Shown: in pieces, positions 41,265 through 51,501 of the stretch
Position numbering within the stretch: the first letter of the stretch is position 1
Layout: each line of letters begins with the position of its first letter
Assembly (NCBI GenBank): GCA_016705545.1
Contig: JADIYA010000006.1
Span: 198,353 to 262,352, forward strand
From: Flavobacteriales bacterium
Lineage (GTDB): Bacteria > Bacteroidota > Bacteroidia > Flavobacteriales_F > PHOS-HE28
DNA length: 64,000 nucleotides
Reading direction: 5' to 3'
The notes under the pieces: model-generated
Database searches by the model: none
What the model saw: the letters and a program-made list of their open reading frames with translations, nothing else
What the model was told of the DNA's origin: nothing
Position numbers and translations under genes: made by a program

Positions 41265-42962
41265 TCAGATCGGTAGGCGCAACAGGCCCAGGAGTGAAGG
41301 CAGGCGCAATGGTGCGGTCGTGCTGGCCTCAATCGTGCTTGAGCCCACGCGCTCCTTCTCCTTGGTCGGTTCCTGCTCTTTCGGTGAACCGTCGGCATCG
41401 TCGCGGTCCTCGCCAGGCATGCCCTCTTCAAGCCCTTTCGTCGTCATGCGCCAAGCCTTGCCGATCATGCGGCTATCGCGCGTATCGGTCACGTTGTCGA
41501 CGTCATGGATCACCCGCTTCGAACCGGCTCTGAAGAAGACGCCCTTGCCCACTGGCACCAGAAGCGTGAAGCGCGCCTGTTGCGCATGAATCTTCTCGGA
41601 GCGTGCATAGCGGAGCAGCGGTGATACACGGAGAACATCCCCCTCCATGCGGAACTCGGTTCGGATTCCGGACGCCGCGGCAGAGGCGAGCTTGGCGGTG
41701 CGCCCGAACGCCTCGCGCACAATCACCAGGTGATAGAGGCTGTCGGGGCTTTGCTCCACGTCAATACGCGCCCAATCGGCGGTGACGCTATCGCCTTCAA
41801 TCCAAAGGCCATTGCAAGGGAAGTCATCATCGTCATCGAAACTGAAGCGCAGGTCATCGCTCCCGTTATCCGCTCCGATCGCATCCAGGTACAGGAGGCC
41901 GGCCTGTGGCGAAGTCAGCGTTATGGCTTCACGCGATTTCTCATGGCGTTGGAACTCGCGAGCAAGGGAGAGGCCGCCAATGACGGTGGGCACGAGCGCG
42001 GCGATCCAGAGCAACCCGAGCGACCAAGCCAGCCATCCCGGGGTGCGCGTGTTCAGGAGCAAGCGGAAGCCGGCGAGCAGCACGGCTACGAGAGGGATCA
42101 AGCAGATCAGCGAAGCACCCACCAGCATCCAAAGTGCGTGCTCGCGCGTTGGGAACAGAAGAGCGCCGAAATCAAGAAGGCCGAGATCGTCGCTGCCCCA
42201 GGTGGCGTGCCATAGGCCAAAGGTGCCGCCGACAACGGCGCTCACCAGACCGAGGAGCAGGCTGAAGGCGAAGAGCACGATGCCCGCTCCAAGAAGTTTA
42301 GCGAGCACATCGGCGGCCGTACCGGAGCGCCTCTTCGCTTCTTGCCCCCACTTGCTGCCCATGTTGCGCGCCTCGTCAGCCACTTTCTTCCCGCCATCTT
42401 CGAAAGCCTTTTTCAGATTGTCCACGGTTACCGGCTCACCGTCCATACGAAGCCTGTCCGCAGCAGTCTCGGCCTTGGGCACCAGGATCCACAACAGCAC
42501 ATAGAGCAGGATGGGGGTGCCCTTGCCGAGCAGGATGAAGACGATCATGATGATCCGCAACCAGATCGGATCCATGCCGATGTAGGCCGCCAAACCACCG
42601 ATCACGCCACCCACCCATTTATCGTCCGGGTCGCGGAAGAAGCGCTTGTAGCCGCGCTGACTGGCATTGCCCGAGGCGGCACCATCCGTTGAACCTGAGC
42701 CATCTCCATAGTCCTCAGGCTTGCCCATCACGCTCATCACGTGCTGCACATCGTCGATGGTGACCACCTGCCGTTTGCCGCCGAGCCGCTCGTTGAAGAG
42801 CTCTGCGATTCGCGCTTCCACATCGGCTAGGATCTCCTCTCGTCCAGCGTTGGCATCGAGCTGCGCACGGATGCCGCTGAGGTAGCGCTGCAACTGGTCG
42901 TAAGCATCTTCCTCGATGTGGAAGACGGTGCCGCTGACGTTGGCTGTGACTGTCTTTTTCAT
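41265..42962 (-). CDS. PspC-domain-containing membrane protein (long form)
   Basis: KRFFRDPDDKWVGGVIGGLAAYIGMDPIWLRIIMIVFIL...LLYVLLWILVP (PspC domain), followed by a C-terminal extension with further TM helices. Paired with PadR. Confidence 0.7.
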   Translation of the reverse strand: MKKTVTANVSGTVFHIEEDAYDQLQRYLSGIRAQLDANAGREEILADVEARIAELFNERLGGKRQVVTIDDVQHVMSVMGKPEDYGDGSGSTDGAASGNASQRGYKRFFRDPDDKWVGGVIGGLAAYIGMDPIWLRIIMIVFILLGKGTPILLYVLLWILVPKAETAADRLRMDGEPVTVDNLKKAFEDGGKKVADEARNMGSKWGQEAKRRSGTAADVLAKLLGAGIVLFAFSLLLGLVSAVVGGTFGLWHATWGSDDLGLLDFGALLFPTREHALWMLVGASLICLIPLVAVLLAGFRLLLNTRTPGWLAWSLGLLWIAALVPTVIGGLSLAREFQRHEKSREAITLTSPQAGLLYLDAIGADNGSDDLRFSFDDDDDFPCNGLWIEGDSVTADWARIDVEQSPDSLYHLVIVREAFGRTAKLASAAASGIRTEFRMEGDVLRVSPLLRYARSEKIHAQQARFTLLVPVGKGVFFRAGSKRVIHDVDNVTDTRDSRMIGKAWRMTTKGLEEGMPGEDRDDADGSPKEQEPTKEKERVGSSTIEASTTAPLRLPSLLGLLRLPI

Positions 42963-42974
42963 GGTGGTGAGGGG

Positions 42975-43307
42975 CTATCGGTTCTTGCGGGTTGTTTTCT
43001 TCACGGCCAATGCGAGCTCTTCCCAGGTCTGGTCCAGTTCCGCTAGGAAGCCCTCGCCGGTTGGGGTGAGCTTGTAGTATTTGCGCGGTGGGCCGGATTT
43101 GCTTTCCTCCCAACGGTATGTGAGGAATCCGCCATCCTTGAGCCGCGATAGGAGAGGGTACAACGTGCCTTCTACGACGATCAGGCGCGCATCCTTAAGC
43201 TGTGCGATGATGTCAGATGGATAAAGCTCGCCCTGAGCTAGCACGCTCAGTATGCAGTATTCCAGCACGCCTCTGCGCATCTGCGCCTTGCTGTTCTCGA
43301 CCTTCAT
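42975..43307 (-). CDS. PadR family transcriptional regulator
   Basis: RGVLEYCILSVLAQGELYPSDIIAQLKDARLIVVEGTLYPLLSRLKDGGFLTYRWEES...RKYYKLTPTGE. Confidence 0.75.
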   Translation of the reverse strand: MKVENSKAQMRRGVLEYCILSVLAQGELYPSDIIAQLKDARLIVVEGTLYPLLSRLKDGGFLTYRWEESKSGPPRKYYKLTPTGEGFLAELDQTWEELALAVKKTTRKNR

Positions 43308-43456
43308 CTCTAGTGGCGTTAGTTCGTTGCGGGGCAAAGATGCGTGTTTCGCTTGGTACTATGCACAACAAGGTACCTTTCGTTATGAACGGCGGATGTT
43401 CATGTCCAGCGGCCAGGTGCGCACGGCTACCAGGCCACCATGCCGTCCTTTGCGCT

Positions 43457-45415
43457 ATGCAAAAAGCGGTGGCAGCGGTTCTCTTGATGCTTGCGCATGG
43501 GGTTCAAGGACAAACCCCGATTTGCACCATCCAAGGCACCGGTACGAGCAGCCCATTGGAAGGACAGTTGATCACGACGACCGGCATTGTCACAGCCATA
43601 TTCAGCGGCAGCGGCACAGTACAAGGCTTTTTCATTGAGGACCCCGCCTGTGATTCGAATCCAGCCTCGAGCAATGGCCTTTTCGTGTACAACCCGAACA
43701 CCGCAGGAATCAATTTGGGGCAGCGCGTGAGCGTGAGCGGCACGGTGACCGAGTTCCAAGGGCTCACGGAGATCTCCCAGGTCTCCAACATTTCCATTAT
43801 CGGTTCGGGCACGGTGTCGCCTACAGACATCAACCTGCCTATGGCCGCGATTACTGATTGGGAGCGCCACGAAGGCATGCTATTGCGCTTTCAGCAGGAA
43901 CTGGTGGTCATCGGCAATGACACTTGGGCGCAGTACGGCGAGCTTGTGCTGGCTCCCTCGCGCATGACCGCGCCCACTGACTATGCCGACCCAAACGACA
44001 ATCCCGCCTCAGGCACCAGCAGTACCGGCAGCAGCAACGTGGGGGCGATCGATGCGCTCATTGAACTGCAGGCGCGAAGCACCATCCTGCTCGACGATGG
44101 TCGCACGAGCACCTATCCGAGCCCACCACCAATGATTGGCGCGCAGGGTACACTCCGCTGCGGCAGCTCGGTTACGGGCCTCACGGGCGTGTTGCACTAC
44201 GCCTTCGACGAGTACCGTGTGCATCCGGTCGGCGTGATACCCCTGCAGCATGCTGTGCGGCCATCAGCACCGATAGTGGGCGGCGACATACTCATCGCAT
44301 CGTACAATGTGAAGAACTACTTCACCTCCCTGGGCAGTAACGGCGCGAGCACGGCCAACGAACTCCAGCGCCAGCGCACTAAGCTGGTTGCCGCCTTGCA
44401 AGCCATAGCAGCCGATGCATACGTGCTATGCGAACTGCAGAACAACGATGCCGCTTCGGATGACCTGCTCACTGCGTTCAACAGTGCCATGGGCGGCGAC
44501 TATAGCCTGATTGATCAGGATGAGCCCGGGGCGTTCACCCGCACGGTCTTCTTCCACAAGAATTCAACGCTAACGCCCATCACTCAGCTCTTCTCGCTGA
44601 ACACCTCCACGTTCGAGCGGGCCCATCTAACGCAGGGCTTCGTGGCCAATGCCAGCGGCAAGCGCTTTCTGCTCAGCGGCGTCCACTTGCGGAGCAAATT
44701 GTGCGACAATGCCTCTGGATCGAACCTCGACCAAGGTGACGGACAAGGCTGCTACAACGCCAGGCGGCGCTCACAGGTGGGCGAGTTGCTCAGCCACTGG
44801 GATGGGGTGCGGGCTTCTACCTGGGTGCCGGGGCAGCTTGTCGTGGGCGATTTCAATTCGTACGACCAAGAGGATCCCATTGATCGGTTGCGTTCCGGCG
44901 GGCTCATCGACCTGATCGCCGGCATTCCGCAGCCCTATTCCTTCGGCTACGCGAATCGCTTCGGGTCATTGGACCATGCCTTCGCCACGGCATCGATGGC
45001 TGACGCCATCACCGGCGCAGCTGTATGGCACATCAACAGCGACGAGCCGCCCAATCTCGACTACCGGGACTCGAACACGGCTTTCTATCAAGCCAATGCC
45101 TTCCGCAGCAGCGATCATGACCCGCTATTGATCGGTATCGATGCGCAACTGTTGCCGGTTGGGCTGGAGGAGATACCAAGGGCTGCCGCTGCAGTGCGTT
45201 TCCGATTCGACCCCATGAGCGGGTGGGCAGAATGGGAAGGGGAGGGGCTAGGGGAGGTGGAGTTGTTCGATGCCCTCGGCAGAACGCTGTGCGCTGCGAG
45301 CGCCGATGGGAGCGGAACTCTCAGGATGAACGCTACGGATGCTGAAAAAGGGCACCTGTTCTGGCGAGCGTGGTCGGAAGGCATGCCCTCCACCGGGCGT
45401 TTCACCTCCTGGTAA
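43457..45415 (+). CDS. ExeM/NucH-family extracellular nuclease (endonuclease/exonuclease/phosphatase fold), possibly T9SS-sorted
   Basis: An internal ATG at 43457 gives the signal peptide MQKAVAAVLLMLAHGVQGQ. ...IASYNVKNYF...VLCELQN...GDFNSY...SDHDPLLIGID are EEP-fold nuclease motifs. The C-terminal ~70 aa have a CTD-like character (ELFDALGRTL...GRFTSW). Confidence 0.6.
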   Translation: MQKAVAAVLLMLAHGVQGQTPICTIQGTGTSSPLEGQLITTTGIVTAIFSGSGTVQGFFIEDPACDSNPASSNGLFVYNPNTAGINLGQRVSVSGTVTEFQGLTEISQVSNISIIGSGTVSPTDINLPMAAITDWERHEGMLLRFQQELVVIGNDTWAQYGELVLAPSRMTAPTDYADPNDNPASGTSSTGSSNVGAIDALIELQARSTILLDDGRTSTYPSPPPMIGAQGTLRCGSSVTGLTGVLHYAFDEYRVHPVGVIPLQHAVRPSAPIVGGDILIASYNVKNYFTSLGSNGASTANELQRQRTKLVAALQAIAADAYVLCELQNNDAASDDLLTAFNSAMGGDYSLIDQDEPGAFTRTVFFHKNSTLTPITQLFSLNTSTFERAHLTQGFVANASGKRFLLSGVHLRSKLCDNASGSNLDQGDGQGCYNARRRSQVGELLSHWDGVRASTWVPGQLVVGDFNSYDQEDPIDRLRSGGLIDLIAGIPQPYSFGYANRFGSLDHAFATASMADAITGAAVWHINSDEPPNLDYRDSNTAFYQANAFRSSDHDPLLIGIDAQLLPVGLEEIPRAAAAVRFRFDPMSGWAEWEGEGLGEVELFDALGRTLCAASADGSGTLRMNATDAEKGHLFWRAWSEGMPSTGRFTSW

Positions 45416-45982
45416 TCACTCGCCAGCGGCTTCCGCGCGCTTTATCTCCTGGTCCAGGATCTCGTCCATCACCTTCAGCTCCTGCTCGCTCACTTTGCGG
45501 TCAGTGCGCGCCTGCTTCTTCATGAAGCGGAACATGGCAGCCTTGCGCACTTCGTAGGCCACATACACGGTGTATTCCTTGGTCTCTTCGTTGAAATAGG
45601 TCTCCTCGCCAACCTTACGCAGGTCGGCCAGTTCGGTGTTCATCACCTCGCGGATCAGGCTCTGGAACTTATCGGCCACATCGGCGGCCCGGGCGTTCTC
45701 CGTTTGGCCGAGGTATTGGTCGGTTACCGCGCGCACATTGGTGCCCACCTGGCTGGCCACTTGGTTCTTGGCATCGATATCAGCCTTGCCCTTAGCGATA
45801 TTGGTTTTCACGCTGACGCCCTGGCCAACGCCACGGAACCAGGCGCCATTGCTCTCGTACTTGCTCCCGCTGAAGGGCGTTTTCACCTTGGTTCCCTGCG
45901 GACTGGCGCCGCCTCCTTTGCATGCCGTGAAGGAAATCGCAGCGAAAAAGAGCAGGGCAGTGGCAGCTTGAATGGTTCTCAT
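45416..45982 (-). CDS. LPP20-like lipoprotein (hypothetical)
   Basis: Internal start MRTIQAATALLFFAAISFTACKGG (lipobox). Downstream resembles the LPP20 family (KADIDAKNQVASQVGTNVRAVT). Confidence 0.45.
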   Translation of the reverse strand: MRTIQAATALLFFAAISFTACKGGGASPQGTKVKTPFSGSKYESNGAWFRGVGQGVSVKTNIAKGKADIDAKNQVASQVGTNVRAVTDQYLGQTENARAADVADKFQSLIREVMNTELADLRKVGEETYFNEETKEYTVYVAYEVRKAAMFRFMKKQARTDRKVSEQELKVMDEILDQEIKRAEAAGE

Positions 45983-46087
45983 GACTGGTGCGGTGACGGA
46001 TGGTTGGCGCCAAGGTTGGAAAAATCCGTGCCGAGTGATGGTGGTTGGATTCCGGAAGGCATCTTTCGGATCCAAACCCAAGATTCC

Positions 46088-47104
46088 ATGAAAGCACTCA
46101 AGATCATCCTCATCCTCGTGCTGGGCATCGGTGCCATGATAGCCGCACTAGGCTTCCTCGGTGACGATTCATACCGCGTTGAGCGCTCAGTGACGATCAC
46201 CGCGCCTGTCGATGATGTATGGCTGGCCGTTTCCTCACTCGGTGCCATGGATAAATGGAGCCCTTGGAATGAACTCGACCCGAATATGAAGAAGAGCATG
46301 GAGGGCACCGATGGCCAGGTAGGCGCGGTGTCCCGCTGGGAAGGCAATGAAGATGTAGGCAAGGGCGAGCAGCGAATCGATTCCATCGCACGCAATTCCT
46401 TGGTGCGGACACGATTGAAGTTCATCGAGCCTTGGCAGAGCGAGAGCGATGCATTGATCGAACTCTCGACCGATGGCGATGGCACCAAGGTCACGTGGGC
46501 GATGGAGGGCGAACACACCTTCGGAAGCCGGCTCATGGGCCGATTCATGGACATGGATGCCATGTTGGGCAAGGACTTCGAGAAGGGCTTGGGCAAGCTG
46601 AAGGCCCAGGTGGAGGAGGCGTTCGCTGCCAAGCCGAAATTCGAGATCAAATCCTTGGAATGGCCGGCAACCTTGTTCATCGGCAAGCGCGGCATTGTAG
46701 CGTGGGCTGATATGAAGGCAGCCTTTGAAACCGGCTTTGGATCAGGCATGGAAGCACTGGCTAAGGCCAAGGCGGAGATGTCCGGTTATCCCAGTGGCGT
46801 GTACTTCGAGTGGAACGAAGCCGATCAGACCGCAGATATGATTGCTGGCATTCCCGTGTCAATGGATGCCAAGGACAAGTTAAAGGGCATCGAACTCTAC
46901 GAATCGCCTGCCAGCAAGGCGTTGGCGATTGATTATTACGGCGGCTACAACGGCATGATGGCCCCGCATCTGGCCATGGACGAGTACATCAAAGCCAACG
47001 GGCTCACGCACCATACCAATGTAATCGAGGAGTACGTGACGGACCCCATGACAGAACCGGACAGCACCAAATGGCTCACACGGATCATCTACTTGGTCAA
47101 GTGA
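46088..47104 (+). CDS. Membrane-anchored SRPBCC (polyketide-cyclase-like) domain fused to a GyrI-like effector-binding domain
   Basis: N-terminal TM helix MKALKIILILVLGIGAMIAAL. SRPBCC-like core (VERSVTITAPVDDVWLAVSSLGAMDKWSPW). C-terminal GyrI-like region (EWPATLFIGKRGIV...YFEWNEAD...IDYYGGYNGMMAPHLAMDEYIKANGL). Confidence 0.55.
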   Translation: MKALKIILILVLGIGAMIAALGFLGDDSYRVERSVTITAPVDDVWLAVSSLGAMDKWSPWNELDPNMKKSMEGTDGQVGAVSRWEGNEDVGKGEQRIDSIARNSLVRTRLKFIEPWQSESDALIELSTDGDGTKVTWAMEGEHTFGSRLMGRFMDMDAMLGKDFEKGLGKLKAQVEEAFAAKPKFEIKSLEWPATLFIGKRGIVAWADMKAAFETGFGSGMEALAKAKAEMSGYPSGVYFEWNEADQTADMIAGIPVSMDAKDKLKGIELYESPASKALAIDYYGGYNGMMAPHLAMDEYIKANGLTHHTNVIEEYVTDPMTEPDSTKWLTRIIYLVK

Positions 47105-47123
47105 ACCGCCCCGAAAGAGAATC

Positions 47124-47156
47124 GAAGCCCGGATCCAGGTCCGGGCTTCGTTCTTT
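47124..47156 (+). terminator. Rho-independent terminator
   Basis: GAAGCCCGGA-tccagg-TCCGGGCTTC forms a 10-bp stem, followed by GTTCTTTG. Confidence 0.6.
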
Positions 47157-47174
47157 GCACCGGTAGCCTGCACC

Positions 47175-48215
47175 ATGCCGCTTCGAATCTCCGTTTGCCC
47201 TTTCCGATTGCTCTTCAAGCACCCATTCGGCACCGCCCATGGACTGCGTGATGGCACCGACGCACTGTTCATCCGCGTGGAGGACGAGGGCGCAGTTGGT
47301 TTCGGGGAAATCGCATTGCCGCCCTATGTGCGTGAGAGCGTATTGGATGCGCGGGCCCGGCTCCGTCAAATAGCTGCTTTCAGGTCATGGACCCTTGATG
47401 ACCTTTTACTTCAGATCGATGAGCTTGAATCCTTGAAAGGAGCTCCCGCAACGCGTGCCGGTTTGCACTGTGCGCTCCTTGATGCGAGTGCACGTCGCAG
47501 TGGAAAGACGGTTGCGCAGGTGTTGGCGTGTTCTGTCAAAGAGTCGCCTTCAGTCCTCATGACCATCGGGATTTGCGACCCCGATCTGGTCTTACAGAGA
47601 ATGGCGGAGCTGCCGGCTACTGGAGCCATTAAATTGAAAGTCGGTGATTCTCTGGCATTCAAGAGAATATCCATTGTGGTCGAAAGCACTGATGCAAGAA
47701 TCCTTTTGGATGGTAATCAAGGCTTTTCCTCAATTGATGAGGCCGAGAATCTGGTAGCCCTGGTCCCGCCGATCAGATTGATCGGTTTGGAGCAGCCATT
47801 CAACCCAGCACACGATGACTGGAACCAAAAACTGACCAAGCGCACAGGGGTTCAGGTTTTCGCGGATGAGTCATTACAAGACCTAGGTGATTTGGTCCGC
47901 GTATCCGATTTCTTCAATGGGATCAACATCAAGCTCATGAAGTGCGGAGGCTTGGACAAGGCCCGTGCTCTGGTCGTTCAGGCAAAACAGTTGAACATGC
48001 GCGTGATGCTCGGGTGCATGAGTGAGAGCTCATTGGGATGCACGGCCATGGCGCAACTCACCGGCGAAGCCGCTGTAATCGACTTGGATGGACCTTGGTT
48101 GCTGCGCAATGATCCGTGGCTGGGAATCACGGTGGACAAGGGAACAATGATCTTACCCGAGGGCCCTGGGTTAGGTGTGCGAAGCGAAATTGAGCTTGAT
48201 TATTCTGACGCATAA
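47175..48215 (+). CDS. Enolase-superfamily enzyme (dipeptide epimerase / muconate-lactonizing-enzyme-like)
   Basis: KLKVGDSLAFKRISIVVE...ILLDGNQGF...LEQPF...VFADESL...INIKLMKCGGL carries the metal-ligand pattern D..E..D of MR/MLE enzymes. Confidence 0.6.
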   Translation: MPLRISVCPFRLLFKHPFGTAHGLRDGTDALFIRVEDEGAVGFGEIALPPYVRESVLDARARLRQIAAFRSWTLDDLLLQIDELESLKGAPATRAGLHCALLDASARRSGKTVAQVLACSVKESPSVLMTIGICDPDLVLQRMAELPATGAIKLKVGDSLAFKRISIVVESTDARILLDGNQGFSSIDEAENLVALVPPIRLIGLEQPFNPAHDDWNQKLTKRTGVQVFADESLQDLGDLVRVSDFFNGINIKLMKCGGLDKARALVVQAKQLNMRVMLGCMSESSLGCTAMAQLTGEAAVIDLDGPWLLRNDPWLGITVDKGTMILPEGPGLGVRSEIELDYSDA

Positions 48216-48337
48216 TTTATATTATGTAAACACGTATAATTCTAATATTCCGTCCCTTATCTGTTACCAATGGCAATTCTGCTTCCTACAATCACCTCCC
48301 AGTTGATCACTACTAGGCACCCCTACTTTCGCCGCCT

Positions 48338-49180
48338 GTGATGAAGGCCGTATTGCGCAGTCTCATTCGTTGGTTCGTTCGGACCTTCCCCGTGCGCGGC
48401 CGTCATCGGTTGGCCAACACTGTGGGTGGCTGGGCTGCCGAACCGGTAACGGTGCGTGAGATCAATGGCATACGCGTGGAACTGGATCGAGAGGTGCAGT
48501 ACCACCGCATGATGCTTTTTGACCTCTACGAGGAAAACGTGCTCGCCTACCTGCGGAAACGCCTCAAGCCGGGCATGGTTGTCTTCGATCCCGGTTGCAA
48601 CATCGGCTACTTCGCGGCGCAGGTGTTGGGCATGGTATCGCCAGGCGGGCAGGTCTGGTCATTCGAGCCATCGCCCCGTTGCCTGGAACGGCTCCATCGC
48701 CACAATCCGCCCAATGCCATTTCCGGTTGGCGGTTGATGCCCATGGCCTTGACGGACCGCACCGGCACGCTCACTTTCCACGATACGCCCCGGGTGATTA
48801 CCCGAGGCTACGCGGTTCTCGAGCAAGCCGGAAAGCCGGGGGACAGCAATCCGGTGGAAGTACCGGTCACCTCGGTCGATGCCTTCTGTGCAGAGCATGG
48901 CATCCAGCGCATCAATTTCCTGAAGCTCGATATTGAGGACTCGGAGCTTCCTGCGCTACGGGGTGCACAGCGCATGATCGCCGCGAAGGCCATCGACACG
49001 ATCCTCGTTGAAACCGAGGTGCGTCCCGATCGCGTGGAATTGAATAAGGCCATCTTCAACTTGCTCATGGAGGCTGGTTATCGACCCTTCCATGCGCGAC
49101 ATGGCGGTAAGCTGGTGGCCATTGTGCCAGAGCATCTTCCCCCTTCGAAGGAGGATATCATTTGGGAGCGCTCCCGGTGA
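48338..49180 (+). CDS. FkbM-family SAM-dependent methyltransferase
   Basis: VVFDPGCNIGYFA (SAM motif I) plus the FkbM-like C-terminal half (LTFHDTP...INFLKLDIEDSELPAL). Confidence 0.6.
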   Translation: MMKAVLRSLIRWFVRTFPVRGRHRLANTVGGWAAEPVTVREINGIRVELDREVQYHRMMLFDLYEENVLAYLRKRLKPGMVVFDPGCNIGYFAAQVLGMVSPGGQVWSFEPSPRCLERLHRHNPPNAISGWRLMPMALTDRTGTLTFHDTPRVITRGYAVLEQAGKPGDSNPVEVPVTSVDAFCAEHGIQRINFLKLDIEDSELPALRGAQRMIAAKAIDTILVETEVRPDRVELNKAIFNLLMEAGYRPFHARHGGKLVAIVPEHLPPSKEDIIWERSR

Positions 49181-49248
49181 TTGATGCGTGGCCATGGGAC
49201 TGACATTGATCAGTCCGCGCGACGGGTTGATTCCCGCTCTTTGCAGCC

Positions 49249-51485
49249 GTGGATGCCAAGACGCTGACCAAAGTCACCTGTTACCACTGCGGCGACCCTT
49301 GTGCTGATGAGCACCGCGTGCATGACGGCAAGGACTTCTGCTGCCATGGCTGCGAAGTGGTCTTCGACCTGCTGAGTGAAGCTGGGCTCTGCGACTACTA
49401 CGCGCTTGAGAAACAGCCGGGCGTGAAACAGGAATCCAGTGCTGACGAGCAGCGCTTGGAGCTCTTCGCCCTGCCCGAAGTGCGCGAGAAGCTCGTGGAG
49501 TTCAGCGAAGCGGGCATCACCCGAGCCCGGTTCCGCATTCCGCAGATGCACTGCAGCAGCTGCATATGGCTGCTGGAGAATCTGCATCGGATTGAGCCGA
49601 GCATCATCCGGTCACGCGTGAGCTTCACCGACAAAGAACTCTCCATCACGTTCCGCGAGGAGAAGTTGCCATTGCCCCAGCTGGTGAAGCTCTTGCGGCG
49701 GATCGGCTATGGCCCGCAGCTCACCGCCGGCAAGGACACCGGCCGCGCCGACCAGGTGCCGCGCATGCTCTACATCCGGCTGGGCGTGGCGGGCTTCATC
49801 TTCGGCAATACCATGCTGTTCAGCTTCCCGGAATACCTGGGTGCTGATGGCGAAGCCCAACTGCGTGTCGGCTTTCAATGGCTGTCGGCACTGTTCTCGG
49901 TGCCCGTCGTCCTTTTCCTCAGCACCGACTACTTCCGAGCGGCTTGGGCAGGCCTGCGAAGCAAGCAGGTGAACATCGATCAGCCCATCGCCCTGGGCAT
50001 CATGGCGTTGTGGTTCAGGAGCCTCCATGACGTGATTACCGGCGCCGGCCCTGGCTACTTCGACTCGCTGGGGTAAGGGACCAAGAACTGGTGCCCGTGG
50101 ATGCCGTACTACGCGAAGGCACCGGACACATCGACAACAGCTTCATCACCGGCGAACCGCTGCCTGTGCGCAAACAAGCGGGCGACACCATCAAGGCCGG
50201 TGGCCGACAGCGCGGCGCTGCTATTGAATTGGAAGTGCTGCGCTCCTTCGCCGATAGCCGGTTGAAGCGCCTATGGGCCGAGCAGAGCGGTGGTCAAGAA
50301 CGCCCGGCCATGCCGCGCCTGATCGATCAAGTGGCGCGGCGCTTCACACTGGCGGTGCTGCTCATCGCGCTGGGCGCGGGCCTTTATTGGTGGGGCAAGG
50401 ATGCCCGCATGATCTGGCCAGTGGTCACAGCTGTGCTTATCGTGGCCTGCCCTTGCGCGCTGGCATTGAGCATGCCCTTCGCTTACGGACATACCATTCG
50501 GCTGCTCGGTAAGCGCGGCCTGTTCCTGCGGGATGCGGAAGTGGTTGAGCGCATGGCCCACGTGGATGCGGTGCTCTTCGACAAGACCGGAACGCTCACC
50601 GAACGTGAGGCGCACCAGGTCGATTGGCATGGCATCAAGCTCTCCCGTGAGGATGAACAACGCATCGCAGCGCTGGCCAGGAACAGTGCGCACCCACTGA
50701 GCGCGGTCCTAGCAGGAAAACTGAAGAAGTCGTTGAAGCCCGATCAGGATCATCTCGCTCCGCGCGCGATGACAGAGGTAATGGAACAGATTGGCCAAGG
50801 CATCATGGGCGAAGTGGCTGGCCTGCCGATCCGAATCGGTTCGGCGGACTTCACGGGCGGTGAAGCAGCGGTGCGTTCCGCTGGCGAGGCCCATGTGCAC
50901 GTCTCCTTCGGTGGCGTGCATCGCGGGCATTTCGCCATCCGGAAGCAGGCCCGCTCGGGCATCGTGGAAGCGGTGAGACGCTTGGGGGCATCGCTGCGTG
51001 TGGGCCTCATCACCGGCGACCATCAGGTGGACCCCGACCTCGCCGAGGTGTTCCCGATCGGAAGCATCCGCATGCGGTGCGCACCTGACGAGAAGAGCGA
51101 AGCAGTTAAAGGACTGCAGCGCGATGGCCGCCGCGTGCTCATGGTGGGCGATGGCCTCAACGATGCCGGAGCATTGGCTCAAGCCGATGTGGGTGTCACT
51201 GTGACAGAGACCACCGCGGCCCTCACCCCTGCCAGCGATGCGATCATGGATGCCGACAGCCTGCAACAGCTCCCCCATTTCTTGCGGATGACACGACGCG
51301 CCCGGCGCATCGTGCTCGCCAGCCTGTGCATCTCCCTGCTGTACAACATCACTGGCGTGTCCATCGCGGTGGCTGGCCACATGACCCCGCTCTTCGCTGC
51401 CATCCTGATGCCGCTGAGCAGCGTGAGCGTGGTGGGCTTCGTGACAGTGGCCACGATGATCGCCGCGCGCAACGCACACCAGTAA
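49249..51485 (+). pseudogene. Heavy-metal (Cu) translocating P1B-type ATPase of the CcoI/FixI type. It is disrupted by a frame break, and the TM4 / early actuator-domain segment appears to be missing (~50040-50100).
   Basis: ORF 49249-50076 has the CcoI N-terminus (CYHCGDPC...KDFCCHGC) and three TM helices, ending ...GPGYFDSLG*. ORF 50091-51485 starts inside the actuator domain (VPVDAVLREGTGHIDNSFITGEPLPV), then CPCALALS (CPC transport site), DKTGTLT (phosphorylation site), GDGLNDAGAL and the final TMs. Only ~8 codons separate the two parts, where ~60-70 aa (TM4 plus the start of the A-domain) would be expected. Confidence 0.55.
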
Positions 51486-51501
51486 GGACCATCTTTCGTG
51501 C

